Below are positions 24,116-37,439 of a stretch of 64,000 nt of DNA, one piece after another. Made by a program: the position numbers and the translations under genes. Under the pieces are notes generated by a model. That model made no database searches. It was given only the letters and a program-made list of their open reading frames with translations, and was not told the DNA's origin. The first letter of the stretch is position 1, and each line of letters begins with the position of its first letter. This DNA is from Macrostomum lignano (taxonomy: Eukaryota): positions 1-64,000 of the forward strand of contig NIVC01000093.1 of the NCBI GenBank assembly GCA_002269645.1, read 5' to 3'.

Positions 24116-27100
24116 TCAAATTCTGGTCTCATCATGGCCAATCTTCTTTAGCAGCAAATTGTCACCCGGCGCTGCATTTGTTGATGCAAATGCCTCGTCA
24201 TCGGACGATGCAGCTGGTCTCTGATGTCTTTGTTCCTCAATGTCAGCAACTGTCTCTTGTACTTCCGTAGTATCGTGAGGCTCCTGAGTCTGCTGTCGTC
24301 GGCGAGTGAACCGACCTCGCCATATCCGCCGTTTCCAATAGGCCCGACCAAGCTGCTGCGACCTGCTGGTGGCCTGACTGGCGCCTTCGGCTACCAGTTG
24401 TCGCATTCGCTTCACTTTACCTCCAGCAAACGAGTTCACTTTAGCTAACAATGCTTTAGTAGCGTACTCCTGCACTGAGTTGCGCGACACGTGCACTATT
24501 TGCGAGTGAGAATAGTACAGCATGAAATGGTTCACCAGGATTGGCACGGTGAACGCTATTAGCAGTAGGCCGCTTAGGGCGCACGCTGAGCCAACGATGC
24601 GACCTACATGTTGATCAATAATTTGTTAGGGTTAGTTACTAACTCTAATTTAACCACTGCAGATTTAAATCATTAAACTCAAATGTACGTTTCCTGAGTA
24701 ATTTTATTAGACATCAAAAGGTTAAAAAGACCTTATTTGAACTTTGCTGAAGGCCTTCACTCACGACATCACTCTTAAGCTTCAAGTGCTTTAAAACAGG
24801 AACTTGCTGTTTCTTACTTTGAAGCATTACTTGTTTTTCTATAATTAGACCAGCTTTTTCTCAGCGCTTTGACTTCCTTTTTGTTTATTGTTATTCATTT
24901 GCATAAACGCTCGTAGTATCAAGTAGACTTCTAACCCTAAAGAGATAATTGTATTTACCTAATACGCTTTAACGTTTTGTTAGACAGAGACAACTGCGGT
25001 CACCCTAGCTGGGAAGATTGGTAAGGATAGGACTGTTATGGGTTGGTTAGGAATCGGCTTAATGGGGAAGCGGAATCACACGGCTGCTAGGTCTATGTAG
25101 AGAAACGCTGCAATAAACATTTTATTAACCCTAAAAAGGCCGAGTAAAACCTCCGAAAAAACATGGCCAATATTCTTGTTTTTTAACGAATTTCGAACGA
25201 AATGTGAATGGCTTTTTACTTTGGGCGAACAATCAGAATAAGCTTGTATAGTGCTCATGTTTATTTCCCTAGATAGCAAGCTGTCATTGTCATTATTATC
25301 TTATTTACTCTCACAGAGACACTTAGCTAATTTTTCGCTAACTAGATAAGTTCTTTATTAGCAGGTAAAAAAATTGTTTAAGCTTTTGTTTTTCTGCACC
25401 CAACTTACCGGCATTTGTTTGCGGCACCAGATCACCGTAGCCAACTGTAGTCATGGTGACCAGCGACCACCAGAAGCCGTCGAACATGGACATGAAACGG
25501 TTCTCGGAACCCTGGCCCTTGGCACACTTGGAACAGTCGTCGGCGCCAACCTGATGCCCCTCGGAGCGAGCCTTCTCGCAGAAGAAAATCAGCGTGCTAA
25601 ACAGCAGAGTGCCTAGGGCGACAAACACACCCATCAGCATTAGGTCCCGGAATGAGGTGCGCAGTGTATATATTAGTACCTGCAATCCTCTATAGTGCCG
25701 ACCGATGCGTAGCAGCCTCATAAAGAGCGTGATTTTAACAAAGGCAATGTACTCCGGCAAGCCAAAGTTGCTGCTATCGGAGAATTCGATGATTCCAAAA
25801 CAAACTTTTAATAGTTCGTTTACATAGAATGGCAGAATCGATAGCAGGTCGATAATTGTGTAGTTGTTACGAAAATAAGCTAACTTATTTCGACAACACA
25901 ACAGGCGGACTAAGAAGTCAAAGGTGAGCACCCCGAATCCGATCCAATCAGGGAAGACTAGCCAGTCCACCTTGATTCTAGACCGGCCATCGGTGTGATT
26001 ACCGTACCATGATGGGTGCTTCGACGAGTAAAAGGCCACCTCTCGGGGCGTCATGAGGCGCTGAAAGTGCTCAGAAGTGCTGGCAACAAAACTGAACACA
26101 GTGTATAGAACTGTGATGCTTAGCAAGACGGCGTACACAGCGGCGGGAAAACTTGACGACGGATGATCCAATATCTTCCAGCAACGACGACGCATCGCAA
26201 TGAGAGCCTCTTTGAGACGCTTCTGCCAGCCTGAATTGGCGAGAGAAGTAATAATATAAAATATGTAAAATATAGATAACTTTTTAGAAAATAAAAGAGG
26301 ACATGAGAGCTTTGTCCGACTAATATAACATGATCCATGATTTTGGCGCAGAAAAAAGTTAATCACCGCTATTACTGTACACCATGCCGTATATTAATTA
26401 CTTGTTATAATTATGACTAGCTGACAGTTCGCTGTCAAATGGGGTTATCATCGTCACTGAACTAACTAACGAACTATCTCTACTGCATCCGCTAGTTTGC
26501 ACTGAATTTGGCAAGGACCAGTGACCATATGGTCAACTATGACCAAATATCAACTGAGGTGGAAGGTGGCTACGCTAGAGAATGCATGGCACTGAATAGG
26601 ACTTGGCCATAGACAATTTCGGTCTAGAACAATCCGACTTCTCAAGAGCAGACCAGCTACTAATGTTTCAGAGCAGTAAGCTTTTTTACTTACCATGTGA
26701 TTTCTGCAGGTCCTGAAGCAGATTCTGCTCCTCGAACTCGTGATCAGTTGGTATTATAAGCGGTTCGTTCTCCATTTCTTCTTTGAAGAAATTTTCAAAC
26801 TTCTTCAAACTGACCAGCCGACTCTTTGTGTCCATGACGTGACTGACGCAACAGTTCTGGATTTCGATTGCTGGTTGAATGCCCCAAAGGGCCAGTTCCC
26901 GTTCTAGAAGAGGGCCGCAATAGTGATGAGGCACGTGAAGCTCACCTGTGGAGCGATATGAGAGTGCGAGTAAATAGAAGATAAGAATCATTAAATATTA
27001 ATAAGATAGCGATATTCTTAGTAGTAGGATCCTTTTGCATATTATTTATCAGAAGAAGATGGTTAATTTGTAGCCTAGTGGTTAGAGCGTCGGGCTCGCG

Positions 27101-29774
27101 ACTGAAAAGTCGGGGGTTCGATTCTCGACCCACTCGGAACAATTCGTGTCCTTAAGCATGGCACTTAACTCTGCATAGCTTTAGTTTACCCAGCTGTAAA
27201 ATGGGTGCCAGCATTAGCTGGGGTAATTGAGGGTGTGTGTGGCGACCCCCCAGTCCTTGGACTGAACAGCCGTACGCAGCCTTCAGATGCGCCGCGCAAT
27301 AGCTGCGACTGAGCTGTCAGTTGCGCATCTGGCCATTAGGGCAGGTGTAAATAAAAATGTATCAGAAACTTTTAGTCAACGCTAATCAGAAACAAAATCC
27401 TGTAGACAAACCAAATAGATTGAGATATACAGTTTTTTCTTCATTCCGACTAACCGTATCGACAATACCAAAGTACAATTGTGAATATATCTGGATCCCG
27501 GTCGAAATAGTATTCCTGTTGCGGTGCTCGATAAATCCCGTCATGCATGAGCTTGTCGTAGACGTATCGTTGTTTTAACAGAGTGGAACGCAGCACCTGT
27601 CAGATACATTGAGCGTTAGTTGCATTGTATATCAGCACTTGCCCATTATTATAATGGAATTGCATCGATAAAATTAAATCTAGTTACCTCAAAGCGAGTA
27701 CCGCTGACGTTGAGACGAATGAGTCCAAGCACATCCAGACTGTCCATATCGAGCGACTCGCCGCAGGCCAACGAGTTCTCATCGATAAAGTGCATGTTCT
27801 CAAAGTCGGTTTTGCCCAGATCCAGCAATTGTTGGCGCTGTGCCTCCATCAAGGTTGACGACTGGGGCTGCGATTGAGACTGCTGCGCCTTCTGCTGCTG
27901 TCGACGACTCTTGCCGAGGATGCCTGCAGAATTTTTGTAAATACGAAAAATTGAAGTGTGTAATGTAGAATTACTAGTGAATTGGACTAAAACTCTGGCC
28001 AGAAGTCATTTTTCAAACGTTATTTTTGCTGTTTATTAATTTTAAATAAGAAACTAAATTAAATTAACTTTCTACCTGTTTCACCTCTACGTATCGATCT
28101 CGATTGAAAATTCATCCAAAAATGGATCAATCGTCTTTGCGCAGTAATTTTTTTAAGCTGTCAAATTTAGAACGAAACGGGTAGGCTTTAAAAAAGCTAC
28201 AAACGCCTGCGTTTCGCTTGATCGCGTAAGACGCGTAGTTTCGTGCGCCTGTAGTAGGCAGCCGCAGGAGCTTAAATCCTCTGTTTATGATTTTATCCGC
28301 CAATCCAGACGCAAAATGTTGGATAGCAAGATTTCTTCCGTCTGCTACCTGTCCGTTCGTCTATCCCGTTACCTTCGCAGCATAAAGAGCTTTGCACTTC
28401 AATGTTCTTTTCCTCGAGAGAAAGGCCGATGATACTTGTAGGGGAAGGAATTAGGAAGGAAGGTGCCTTATCAGATAGGTCCAACATATTTTGGATATTA
28501 TTTTAGCTCATATTACAGCCTTAAAATTCGCTATAGAGAAACAACTACAGATACAATAAAAAGCACTAGAGCAGCAAGATAAGTCCAGCTGAGGAACTTC
28601 TCACCAAACCACACGATGGTCAATTGTGTTAAAAACAACAACAAGATTTACATTTCCGATTAGTTATCAATTAATCCTTCGTGGATTTTAACTAAATTTA
28701 GAAGCTAGGTCACGGATTAGCCAGTTCATTTAAGTCCATGGGTCGGCAAACTCCGACCCGCAGGCCACATGCGGCCCTCGAAGAAGCCTCTCTATCCGGC
28801 CGTCGCGGGTCCTTTGAAATGTCACAATTGCAATCCGGCCCGCTCACGGTTTGTGTCTTTTCTCAGCTCTCTTCTCTCCTCTCTTCTATCATCTCTCATC
28901 TTCAATTTTGTCTCCTTTCCACTCTCATCTGGTCGTCGAGGTAAAAAAGTTTTCCGACCCCTGATTTAGTCTCTATCTCCATCTCCTCTGGAATTTGGCC
29001 TTGTCTAAATTGCAACCCTGATTGGTGGAGTTTTACGATGATGCCAGTTGCTATGCTAAATTTACTTTATACGACTAAAAACTTGCTCTAGTATTATTAT
29101 TGCACTACACCAAGTAAAAACGACCACATGGAGACCAATAAGCATAATCAAGTGCAACTGCACTAAGTTTATTGGGTACTTTTAGTTCCTACAAGTTTTT
29201 AGTGTTTCGACAATGCACGTATGCACGAAAGTCACCCGAGAGAGATAACGAACGGTAGACCGCTAAGTTATAAAAAAGTTGCGAAGTTTTTTTCACGAAG
29301 GGCCTATTTCTGTATTGTCACGTAAAACTGGAGTGCCTGTAGCCAGCCTTTAAACAAGCCGACTAGCTAAAGCAACAGAGTCCAGGAAACAGTTGCTGTC
29401 ACCAGTCTCAGACACTCACTAATACCGCCAGATACGCTGCCGGCAGCGTTTCCTGACGCAAGACTGCTCTGGGACGAGTTGTTCCTCATCAAGCCCATGG
29501 CCAGACTCCGTCGGTGCTTGAATACCCTGGCCCATCCTGGTGCTCTAGGCTGCTGTTGTTGCTGCTGCTGCTGCTGCGAAGTTCTGTTACCACTCTCGGC
29601 TTCAACCGTGTTATTAGAACCGCTGCTATCGTTACTGCTACTACGATTTCTGAGCATTGCAGAACTGGCCGCTTTCTGCTGCTGTTCTTGTTGCTGAGTC
29701 TGAGGTTGATGCTGCTGCTGCTGCTGCTGCCGATCTTCCGAGTTAAGCAGCGCTCGATGAACAAAGTGGGCCAT
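24116..29774 (-). CDS. Shaw: Voltage-gated potassium channel, Shaw/Kv3-related (T1 domain + S1-S6), 6 coding exons, 764 aa
   Basis: Exons 29774-29420, 27923-27688, 27596-27455, 26945-26694, 26230-25409 and 24603-24116 (2295 nt). All junctions are GT-AG and phase-consistent. T1 motifs IRLNVSGTRFE, EYYFDRDPDIF and GELHVPHHYCGPLLERELALWGI; pore FWWSLVTMTTVGYGD; S6 GLLLIAFTVPILVNHF. Confidence 0.93.
27066..27355 (+). mobile_element. tRNA-derived SINE with CORE-like central domain, in a Kv intron (antisense to the gene)
   Basis: A-box TAGCCTAGTGG at 27071-27081 and B-box GGTTCGATTCT at 27115-27125. These are followed by GTGTCCTTAAGCATGGCACTTAAC...CCCAGCTGTAAAATGGG, resembling CORE-SINE central domains. 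No complete acceptor stem is evident. Confidence 0.75.
28737..28963. mobile_element. hAT/Charlie-like MITE (227 bp) in a Kv intron
   Basis: TIRs CATGGGTCGGCAAACT / AGTTTTCCGACCCCTG, with a degenerate 8-bp TSD TTTAAGTC / ATTTAGTC. Confidence 0.8.
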
Positions 29775-30275
29775 TGAATCCTCTGAAGTGTCAATTATAG
29801 GGGGATCGCGGTTTTCTATTTTGCAAAAATACAGACGATCCACTTTACTACGAGTATTCTACTTACAGTAGAATGCAATATTAAGTGTTTTTTTTTATAT
29901 AAGACAGGCTTAAATAATTTTTATATATGACAATTAATGTTTAGTTGCAACAAGAAGCAGTTTCAAAAACAACGTATATTAAAAAGGTTTTTCTATTAAA
30001 AGAAAAAGCATTTAGTAGTGTTTAGTATGAGCTATGAAAATATAAAATTCAAGCAGGCTAGTAGTACGTAATCCATGTAAGTATAACGCTGTATATTCAT
30101 AGTTACTATATAAGCTTTATAAGTTACCGTCAACACTGCTTAGAGCTTTGCTGCCGCTTGCCATTGGCTTTCAGCTTCCAACTGCCTGTTGACGGCTGCT
30201 AAATAAGATTCAGCAATTTTGAATGATGGATCAAATTGTGCTCAGTGGCTAATTAGCTGGTAATTGCTAACCTGT

Positions 30276-30885
<610 letters not shown>

Positions 30886-31520
30886 GAAGACAAATATACT
30901 GAAATATTGAAATCACAAGAATATCGGACGCTATTGCTGAGTTTTAAAAGCTCTTCGACAAGTCTAAGAAAGCTACAATTAGCAACAATCAAAAGCAACC
31001 AAAGGCAAACACTGTGCAGTTGTCAGAGTCAGCTGCAAAGTTTCTATGTAGTCAGTACACACAGAGCTCCGGAAACACAAACTAGTCAAGGGACTATCAA
31101 TCTCTGTTTTAAGATTTCTGTTTCAATTTCATGTTCCTGTCTGTGCAGCTTCAAGGCAGACAACCACCTATTCCACTTAGCAACAGCTGACAGTATTAAT
31201 TAGCAGCAATAGTCTTGGAGAATGGCAAAACAATTTTTGTTAAAACTATGATTGAATAGAACTTACAGAACTTCAAAAGTTGATGTATTTTTAACTGCCG
31301 CTGTTTACGACAGGCTAAATTAGCTTTGGATTAGGCAGAATTTTTAGCTGCTGTGTAGTTTTTTATTGCCTATCTAGCGGAGGGGGTGGCGAGGTGGGGA
31401 ATCTGTCCCTTTTGTTGAAAGCTGAGCAATGGCTAGCTGGACCTCCGCTGGGGTTGGCTGGGCCAAGGACTCCCTAAAAAACTGATCTGGAGCCTGGGGT
31501 GCCAGGTCTTCCCCCTGAAC

Positions 31521-31620
31521 CAGGGGGTCGGCCAACTCCGGCCCGCCCAGCAGGCCCTCGGGTCCTTTGAAACTTCACAATAGCAATCCATAGTTCATGG
31601 TTTGTGTCTCTTCTCAGCTC
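31521..31620 (+). mobile_element. 5' part of a second copy of the Charlie-like MITE family
   Basis: CAGGGGGTCGGCCAACT...GGGTCCTTTGAAA..TCACAAT.GCAATCC...GGTTTGTGTCT.TTCTCAGCTCTCTTCTCTC aligns by eye with 28737-28885. No right TIR was found. Confidence 0.75.
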
Positions 31621-32297
31621 TCTTCTCTCTTCTCGTTTCTGTTTGCTTTCCTCCCTTCTCGCTCTCTTCTCCTCTCCTCTCCTCTTTCTCCTCTTCTCTC
31701 TCTTCTCTCTCTCCTCTCCTCTTTCTCCTCTTCTCTCTCTTCTCTCTTTCCTCTTCTCTCTCTTCTCTCTCTCCTCTTCTCTCTCTTCTCTCTTTCCTCT
31801 TCTCTCTCTCCTCTTTCTCCTCTTCTCTCTCTTCTCTCTTTCCTCTTCTCTCTCTCCTCTTCTCTCTCTTCTCTCTCTCCTCTTCTCTCTCTTCTCTCTT
31901 TCCTCTTCTCTCTCTCCTCTTCTCTCTCTCCTCTTCTCTCTCTTCTCTCTTTCCTCTTCTCTCTCTTCTCTCTCTCCTCCTCTCTCTCTTTTCTCTCTCT
32001 CTCCTCTTCTCTCTCTTCTCTCTCTCTCTCTCTTCTTCTCTCTCTTCTCTATCTCTCTCTCTTCTTCTCTCTCTTCTCTCTCTCTCTCTCTTCTTCTCTC
32101 TCTCCTCTTCTCTCCTCTTTTCTCTCTTCTCTCTCTCCTCTTCTCTCTTCTCTCTCTCCTCTTCTCTCTCTTCTCTCTCTCCTCTTTTCTCTCTCCTCTT
32201 CTCTCTCTCCTCTTTTCTCTCTTCTCTCTCTCCTCTTTTCTCTCTCCTCTTCTCTCTCTCCTCTTTTCTCTCTCCTCTTCTCTCTCTCCTCTTTTCT

Positions 32298-32328
<31 letters not shown>

Positions 32329-33575
32329 TCTTCTCTCTCTCCTCTTCTCTCCTCTTTTCTCTCTTCTCTCTCTCTCCTCTTCTCTGTCTTCTCTCTCTCC
32401 TCTTTTCTCTCTCCTCTTCTCTCTCTCCTCTTTTCTCTCTTCTCTCTCTCTCCTCTTCTCTCTCTTCTCTCTCTCCTCTTTTCTCTCTCCTCTTCTCTCT
32501 CTCCTCTTTTCTCTCTTCTCTCTCTCCTCTTCTCTCTCTTCTCTCTCTCCTCTTCTCTCTCTCCTCTTCTCTCTCTTCTCTCTCTCCTCTTTTCTCTCTC
32601 CTCTTCTCTCTCTCCTCTTTTCTCTCTTCTCTCTCTCTCTCTCTCTTCTTCTCTCTCTCCTCTTCTCTCTCTCCTCTTCTCTCCTCTTTTCTCTCTTCTC
32701 TCTCTCTCCTCTTCTCTGTCTTCTCTCTCTCCTCTTCTCTCCTCTTTTCTCTCTTCTTCTCTCTCTCCTCTTCTCTGTCTTCTCTCTCTCTCCTCTTCTC
32801 TCTCTCCTCTTCTCTCTCTCCTCTTCTCTCTTTCCTCTTCTCTCTCTCCTCTTTCTCCTCTTCTCTCTCTTCTCTCTTTCCTCTTCTCTCTCTCCTCTTT
32901 CTCCTCTTCTCTCTCTTCTCTCTCTCCTCTCCTCTTTCTCCTCTTCTGTCTCTTCTCTCTCTCTTCTTCTCTCTCTTCTCTCTCTCTCTCTCTCTTCTTC
33001 TCTCTCTCCTCTTCTCTCCTCTTTTCTCTCTTCTCTCTCTCCTCTTCTCTCTCTCTCTCTTCTTCTCTCTCTTCTCTCTCTCCTCTTCTCTCTCTCTCCT
33101 CTTCTCTCTCTTCTCTCTCTCCTCTTTTCTCTCTCCTCTTCTCTCTCTCCTCTTTTCTCTCTTCTCTCTCTCCTCTTCTCTCTCTTCTCTCTCTCCTCTT
33201 CTCTCTCTCCTCTTCTCTCTCTTCTCTCTCTCCTCTTTTCTCTCTCCTCTTCTCTCTCTCCTCTTTTCTCTCTTCTCTCTCTCTCTCTCTTCTTCTCTCT
33301 CTCCTCTTCTCTCCTCTTTTCTCTCTTCTCTCTCTCTCTCCTCTTCTCTGTCTTCTCTCTCTCCTCTTCTCTCCTCTTTTCTCTCTTCTTCTCTCTCTCC
33401 TCTTCTCTGTCTTCTCTCTCTCTCCTCTTCTCTCTCTCCTCTTCTCTCTCTCCTCTTTTCTCTCTTCTCTCTCTCCTCTTCTCTCTCTTCTCTCTCTCCT
33501 CTTCTCTCTCTCTTCTTCTCTCTCTCCTCTTCTCCCTTTTACTCCCTCGCCTCTTCTTTCTCCTATCTCTCTTCT
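31610..33575. repeat. ~2-kb polypyrimidine (CT/CTT-rich) low-complexity tract
   Basis: Almost exclusively C and T; source of the three 665-682 aa S/L pseudo-ORFs. Confidence 0.97.
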
Positions 33576-33904
33576 CTCTATACTACTCCCTTAGACCCTC
33601 TCTTCTCACCCCAGCTTCCCCACTATTACTAGGCTCCATCAATTATTACTAACTTGGCCTCACATTGAACCGTATGAATTACCAGGATTCTAACAATAAA
33701 TCAATTTAGGCCTCCGCATAGGAAACATTTTTCAACCTAAACGTCATTAAGTTGCCGAAAAGATTGATAATAAGAGAGCTGATTATTCTAGATGAGCCAT
33801 GATATTTTAAGTGAGATGTGGAGTGTTCCAGATTCCAACCCAAATTCCAGATAAGTGAGATCCAGATCCCAGTTTAAACTCTCCACTGCCCAGTTTGGTC
33901 AGTA

Positions 33905-34299
33905 CATGGATGAATGAATAGAATGGATTGCTATTCTGGCTCTGGCTATTTTCGTTTTTGACTCTTTTGCATCCGGTTCCCCCCCCCGTGCCTTTTCATT
34001 GGTTGATGATTGCCATAGACAATTTTCGGCCTTCGCCCCTTTCTTTCGATGCACAAGCGCTTTCGCTCGTGTTTTGAAATAAAGGGGGAAGACCTACGAG
34101 CGCTCGATATTCTCTGCAAGTAACTGACATTCTCAGTTCTTTGCGCTTGTGCATCTAAAGAAAGGGGCGAAGGCCGAAAATTGTCTATGGCAATCATCAA
34201 CCAATGAAAAGGCACGGGGGGGGGGAACCGGATGCAAAAGAGTCAAAAACGAAAATAGCCAGAGCCAGTATAGCAATCCATTCTATTCATTCATCCATG
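33905..34299. mobile_element. Long-TIR foldback MITE (395 bp; ~156-bp arms, 82-bp spacer)
   Basis: 33905-34060 is the near-perfect reverse complement of 34143-34299. Termini CATGG...CCATG; flanks GGTCAGTA / GGTCAGTG (7/8 match, 8-bp TSD). Confidence 0.88.
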
Positions 34300-35069
34300 G
34301 GTCAGTGACAGTTTATATTTTTATTGGGAAATGAGTTGGAATGAACATAGACGACTGCTCAAGCCGTTCCCCGTGTGCACCGTAGTTATCGTTGGCTATA
34401 TAAAAATCAGCAAAGTCACTAATTAGCCCATATTTATATAGCTATGGCTTATTGAAATAAATGCCCATCACCATAAGCGGATCCATGCGGAGACGGAAGT
34501 GATGCTGGAGCTTCATCTGAGCTGCGCAAACTTCTACGCCATAATAGCTCTGGCTATGCCTGCTGCAAAAAACTCAGTGGCAATCTCTGTATTGCACATA
34601 CCAATTGCTGTAATTGAGACAGCTCTTTGGGCATTGAACTGCCGCCTATTTATAGCTGGCTAAGGGAAGAAGACATCGCAGAAATGGGATCCGCAGTTGA
34701 GCTTGGGGGAAATTGGTTGGGGTGGGGTTATTGCTCCGATAATTAGAGCCTTATCTGCGCGTATTAGCCAGATTTCTGCTACTTATTGGCCCTGCTCTGT
34801 ACTTGAGTAGGATGCAGATTTAGATTTATGGGAATTGGAGTGAACTCGGAGATTCCACTGCTATCTAATCATTAGTGCGAGTTTGTTCAACTGAGTGACC
34901 TAAACCTTTGAGGGAGTTCGTTCGGTTCAAAAGTTTTTGAAAATATAAGTAGAAGATTGAGCATCTTTATAGTAGAATCCTCTAAAATGGCATTGTTGTA
35001 TCTTTAGTTTACCGATTATTATGCAACAGTATGGCAGATCTCCTAGATAGGGATTAGGGGTATTGATCT

Positions 35070-35320
35070 CAACAATCTGTGAGATCTGATAGATAGAGAA
35101 AGAGGAATTTTATCCCAACAATCTGTTAGATCAAAAATGGGGATATTTATCCCAAAACATCTGTGAGATCTGCTAGATACAAAATGGGGATTTTTATCCC
35201 CAACAATCTGTGAAATCTGTTAGATGCAGAATGGGGATTTTTATCCCTACAATCTGGGAGATCTGCTAGATACAGAATGGGGATTTTATCCCAAAACATC
35301 TATCACGATAATCAGGAGTG
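35070..35320. repeat. Degenerate ~46-bp tandem repeat (TTTTATCCCAACAATCTGTGAGATCTGCTAGATACAAAATGGGG)
   Basis: About 5-6 diverged copies. Confidence 0.75.
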
Positions 35321-35559
35321 CCAACTATTTGACAAATAGGTTTCTTGCAAGAGTTTCAATAAAAAATCTTAATACCGTTGGCGACAATGCCCATATAATT
35401 AATCAAGATATTAATGAGCCAGGCAAAACTTTTGTGCTATTTTTTCTAAGAAAGGGGAAGTTTTTCTTACCCTTTGGGGCAATTTTAATGGCCGTCAATG
35501 TCATTGTGTTAGAAAATAATCGATAGTGCTTTAATTTTATTTCTATTCTATAATGTTGT

Positions 35560-36540
35560 GCATCTCGTGACGTCTGAATGTGTCTTAAGATTACTGAATG
35601 TGTCTCCAGATCTCTGAATGCATCTCAAGACGTCTGAATGTGTCTTAAGATTACTGAATGTGTCTCCAGATCTCTGAATGCATCTCAAGACGTCTGAATG
35701 TGTCTTAAGATTACTGAATGTGTCTCCAGATCTCTGAATGCATCTCAAGACGTCTGAATGTGTCTTAAGATTACTGAATGTGTCTCCAGATGTCTGAATG
35801 CATCTCAAGATGTCTGAATGTGTCTTAAGATTACTGAATGTGTCTCTAGATCTCTGAATGCATCTCAAGACGTCTGAATGTGTCTTAAGATTACTGAATG
35901 TGTCTCCAGATCTCTGAATGTATCTCCAGATCTCTGAATGCATCTCAAGACGTCTGAATGTGTCTTAAGATTACTGAATGTGTCTCCAGATGTCTGAATG
36001 CATCTCAAGACGTCTGAATGTGTCTTAAGATTACTGAATGTGTCTCCAGATGTCTGAATGCATCTCAAGACGTCTGAATGTGTCTTAAGATTACTGAATG
36101 TGTCTCCAGATGTCTGAATGCATCTCAAGACGTCTGAATGTGTCTTAAGATTACTGAATGTGTCTCCAGATGTCTGAATGCATCTCAAGACGTCTAAATG
36201 TGTCTTAAGATTACTGAATGTGTCTCCAGATGTCTGAATGCATCTCAAGACGTCTGAATGTGTCTTAAGATTACTGAATGTGTCTCCAGATGTCTGAATG
36301 CATCTCAAGACGTCTGAATGTGTCTTAAGATTACTGAATGTGTCTCCAGATGTCTGAATGCATCTCAAGACGTCTGAATGTGTCTTAAGATTACTGAATG
36401 TGTCTCCAGATCTCTGAATGCATCTCAAGACGTCTGAATGTGTCCAGTGATGTCTGAATGTGTCTCCAGATGTCTGAATGTGTCCAGTAATGTCTGAATG
36501 TGTCTCGTGATGTCTGAATGTATCCAGGGATGTCTAAATG
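35560..36540. repeat. 60-bp minisatellite built from three 20-bp subunits (TCTGAATGTGTC core)
   Basis: TCTGAATGTGTCTTAAGATTACTGAATGTGTCTCCAGATGTCTGAATGCATCTCAAGACG repeated with a 60-bp period. Confidence 0.95.
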
Positions 36541-37184
36541 CGCCTCAATATTAGAGAATGTGCTTTAAATATTTAAATAGTTCAAGGATAAAACCTATAA
36601 ACTTAATGCATGTATTCTCTACTATAAAGAATGGTCTTAAACTTAAACCTGTCAAGAGAACAGGCGCAGGTTTCAACTAAGTACACAATCGATAAGTATA
36701 TATATATTTATTATATGCATACATATTATTTTCAGACGTCTTCAGGAACTTTCTTTTGCCTCCCCCCTCCACACACACCGCAAGCGCGCCTGGCCGATCT
36801 GCTGTATCGGAAAGGCAGCAAAAGTCATATTGACTTAAACAGAACTCTCGCTGGTTCACCGAAATATGAAAGCAACACAGCTGACTGTGCCACTCCGGAG
36901 CTGCGGGCTGAGTGCAGGCTTGGCACACTGGATTAACAGGGCTTCTTCAGCAGTGTGGTCCATGCAGATATGTAGACGGAACCCTTGGGATCGGGTAAAA
37001 TAAACTGTGAGGTCACAAATTGCCCAGTGCGCTGAGCTGAGAGCCTCTTTAATTCGGTTGTAACTGAATCTGAATAGCCGAATCACTAGGGGGTGCGGAT
37101 TATCAGATGGTGGAATTAAATTAATCTGGCTAAGTCCGATAAGGGCATCGATTAATTGACAGGCTGACAGACAGGCAGCCAGCC

Positions 37185-37322
<138 letters not shown>

Positions 37323-37398
37323 TCATAAGGCAGTTTGAAACTGCAAACCACGCACTCGGAAGATATTGAAGGTTACCAGTTGTCGAATGTTCGAAAAA

Positions 37399-37439
37399 AA
37401 ACCGATATTTCGGCCCAGACTGGGCCTTCGTCAGGGTTT
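37399..37439 (-). ncRNA. Minimal type I hammerhead ribozyme (Penelope-like element pLTR type)
   Basis: The minus strand reads AAACC-CTGACGA-A-GGCCCAGTCTGGGCC-GAAA-TATC^GGTTT. This gives stem I AAACC/GGTTT, core CUGAnGA, stem II GGCCC(A)/(T)GGGCC, GAAA, a palindromic ATAT stem III and an AUC cleavage triplet (cut between 37404 and 37403). Confidence 0.8.

Noticed and set aside
27066-27140. tRNA gene
   Set aside because: A/B boxes are present but there is no convincing acceptor stem, and the sequence continues into a SINE body.
31597-33652. Three 665-682 aa ORFs rich in S/L/P/F
   Set aside because: They are translations of a C/T-only tract that cannot contain stop codons; open in all frames with no domain.
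36631-37100. Short ORFs on both strands (36631-36936 +, 36856-37326 -) as additional exons
   Set aside because: No recognisable domain in any frame and no consistent splice partners; Cdc25 already terminates at 41382.
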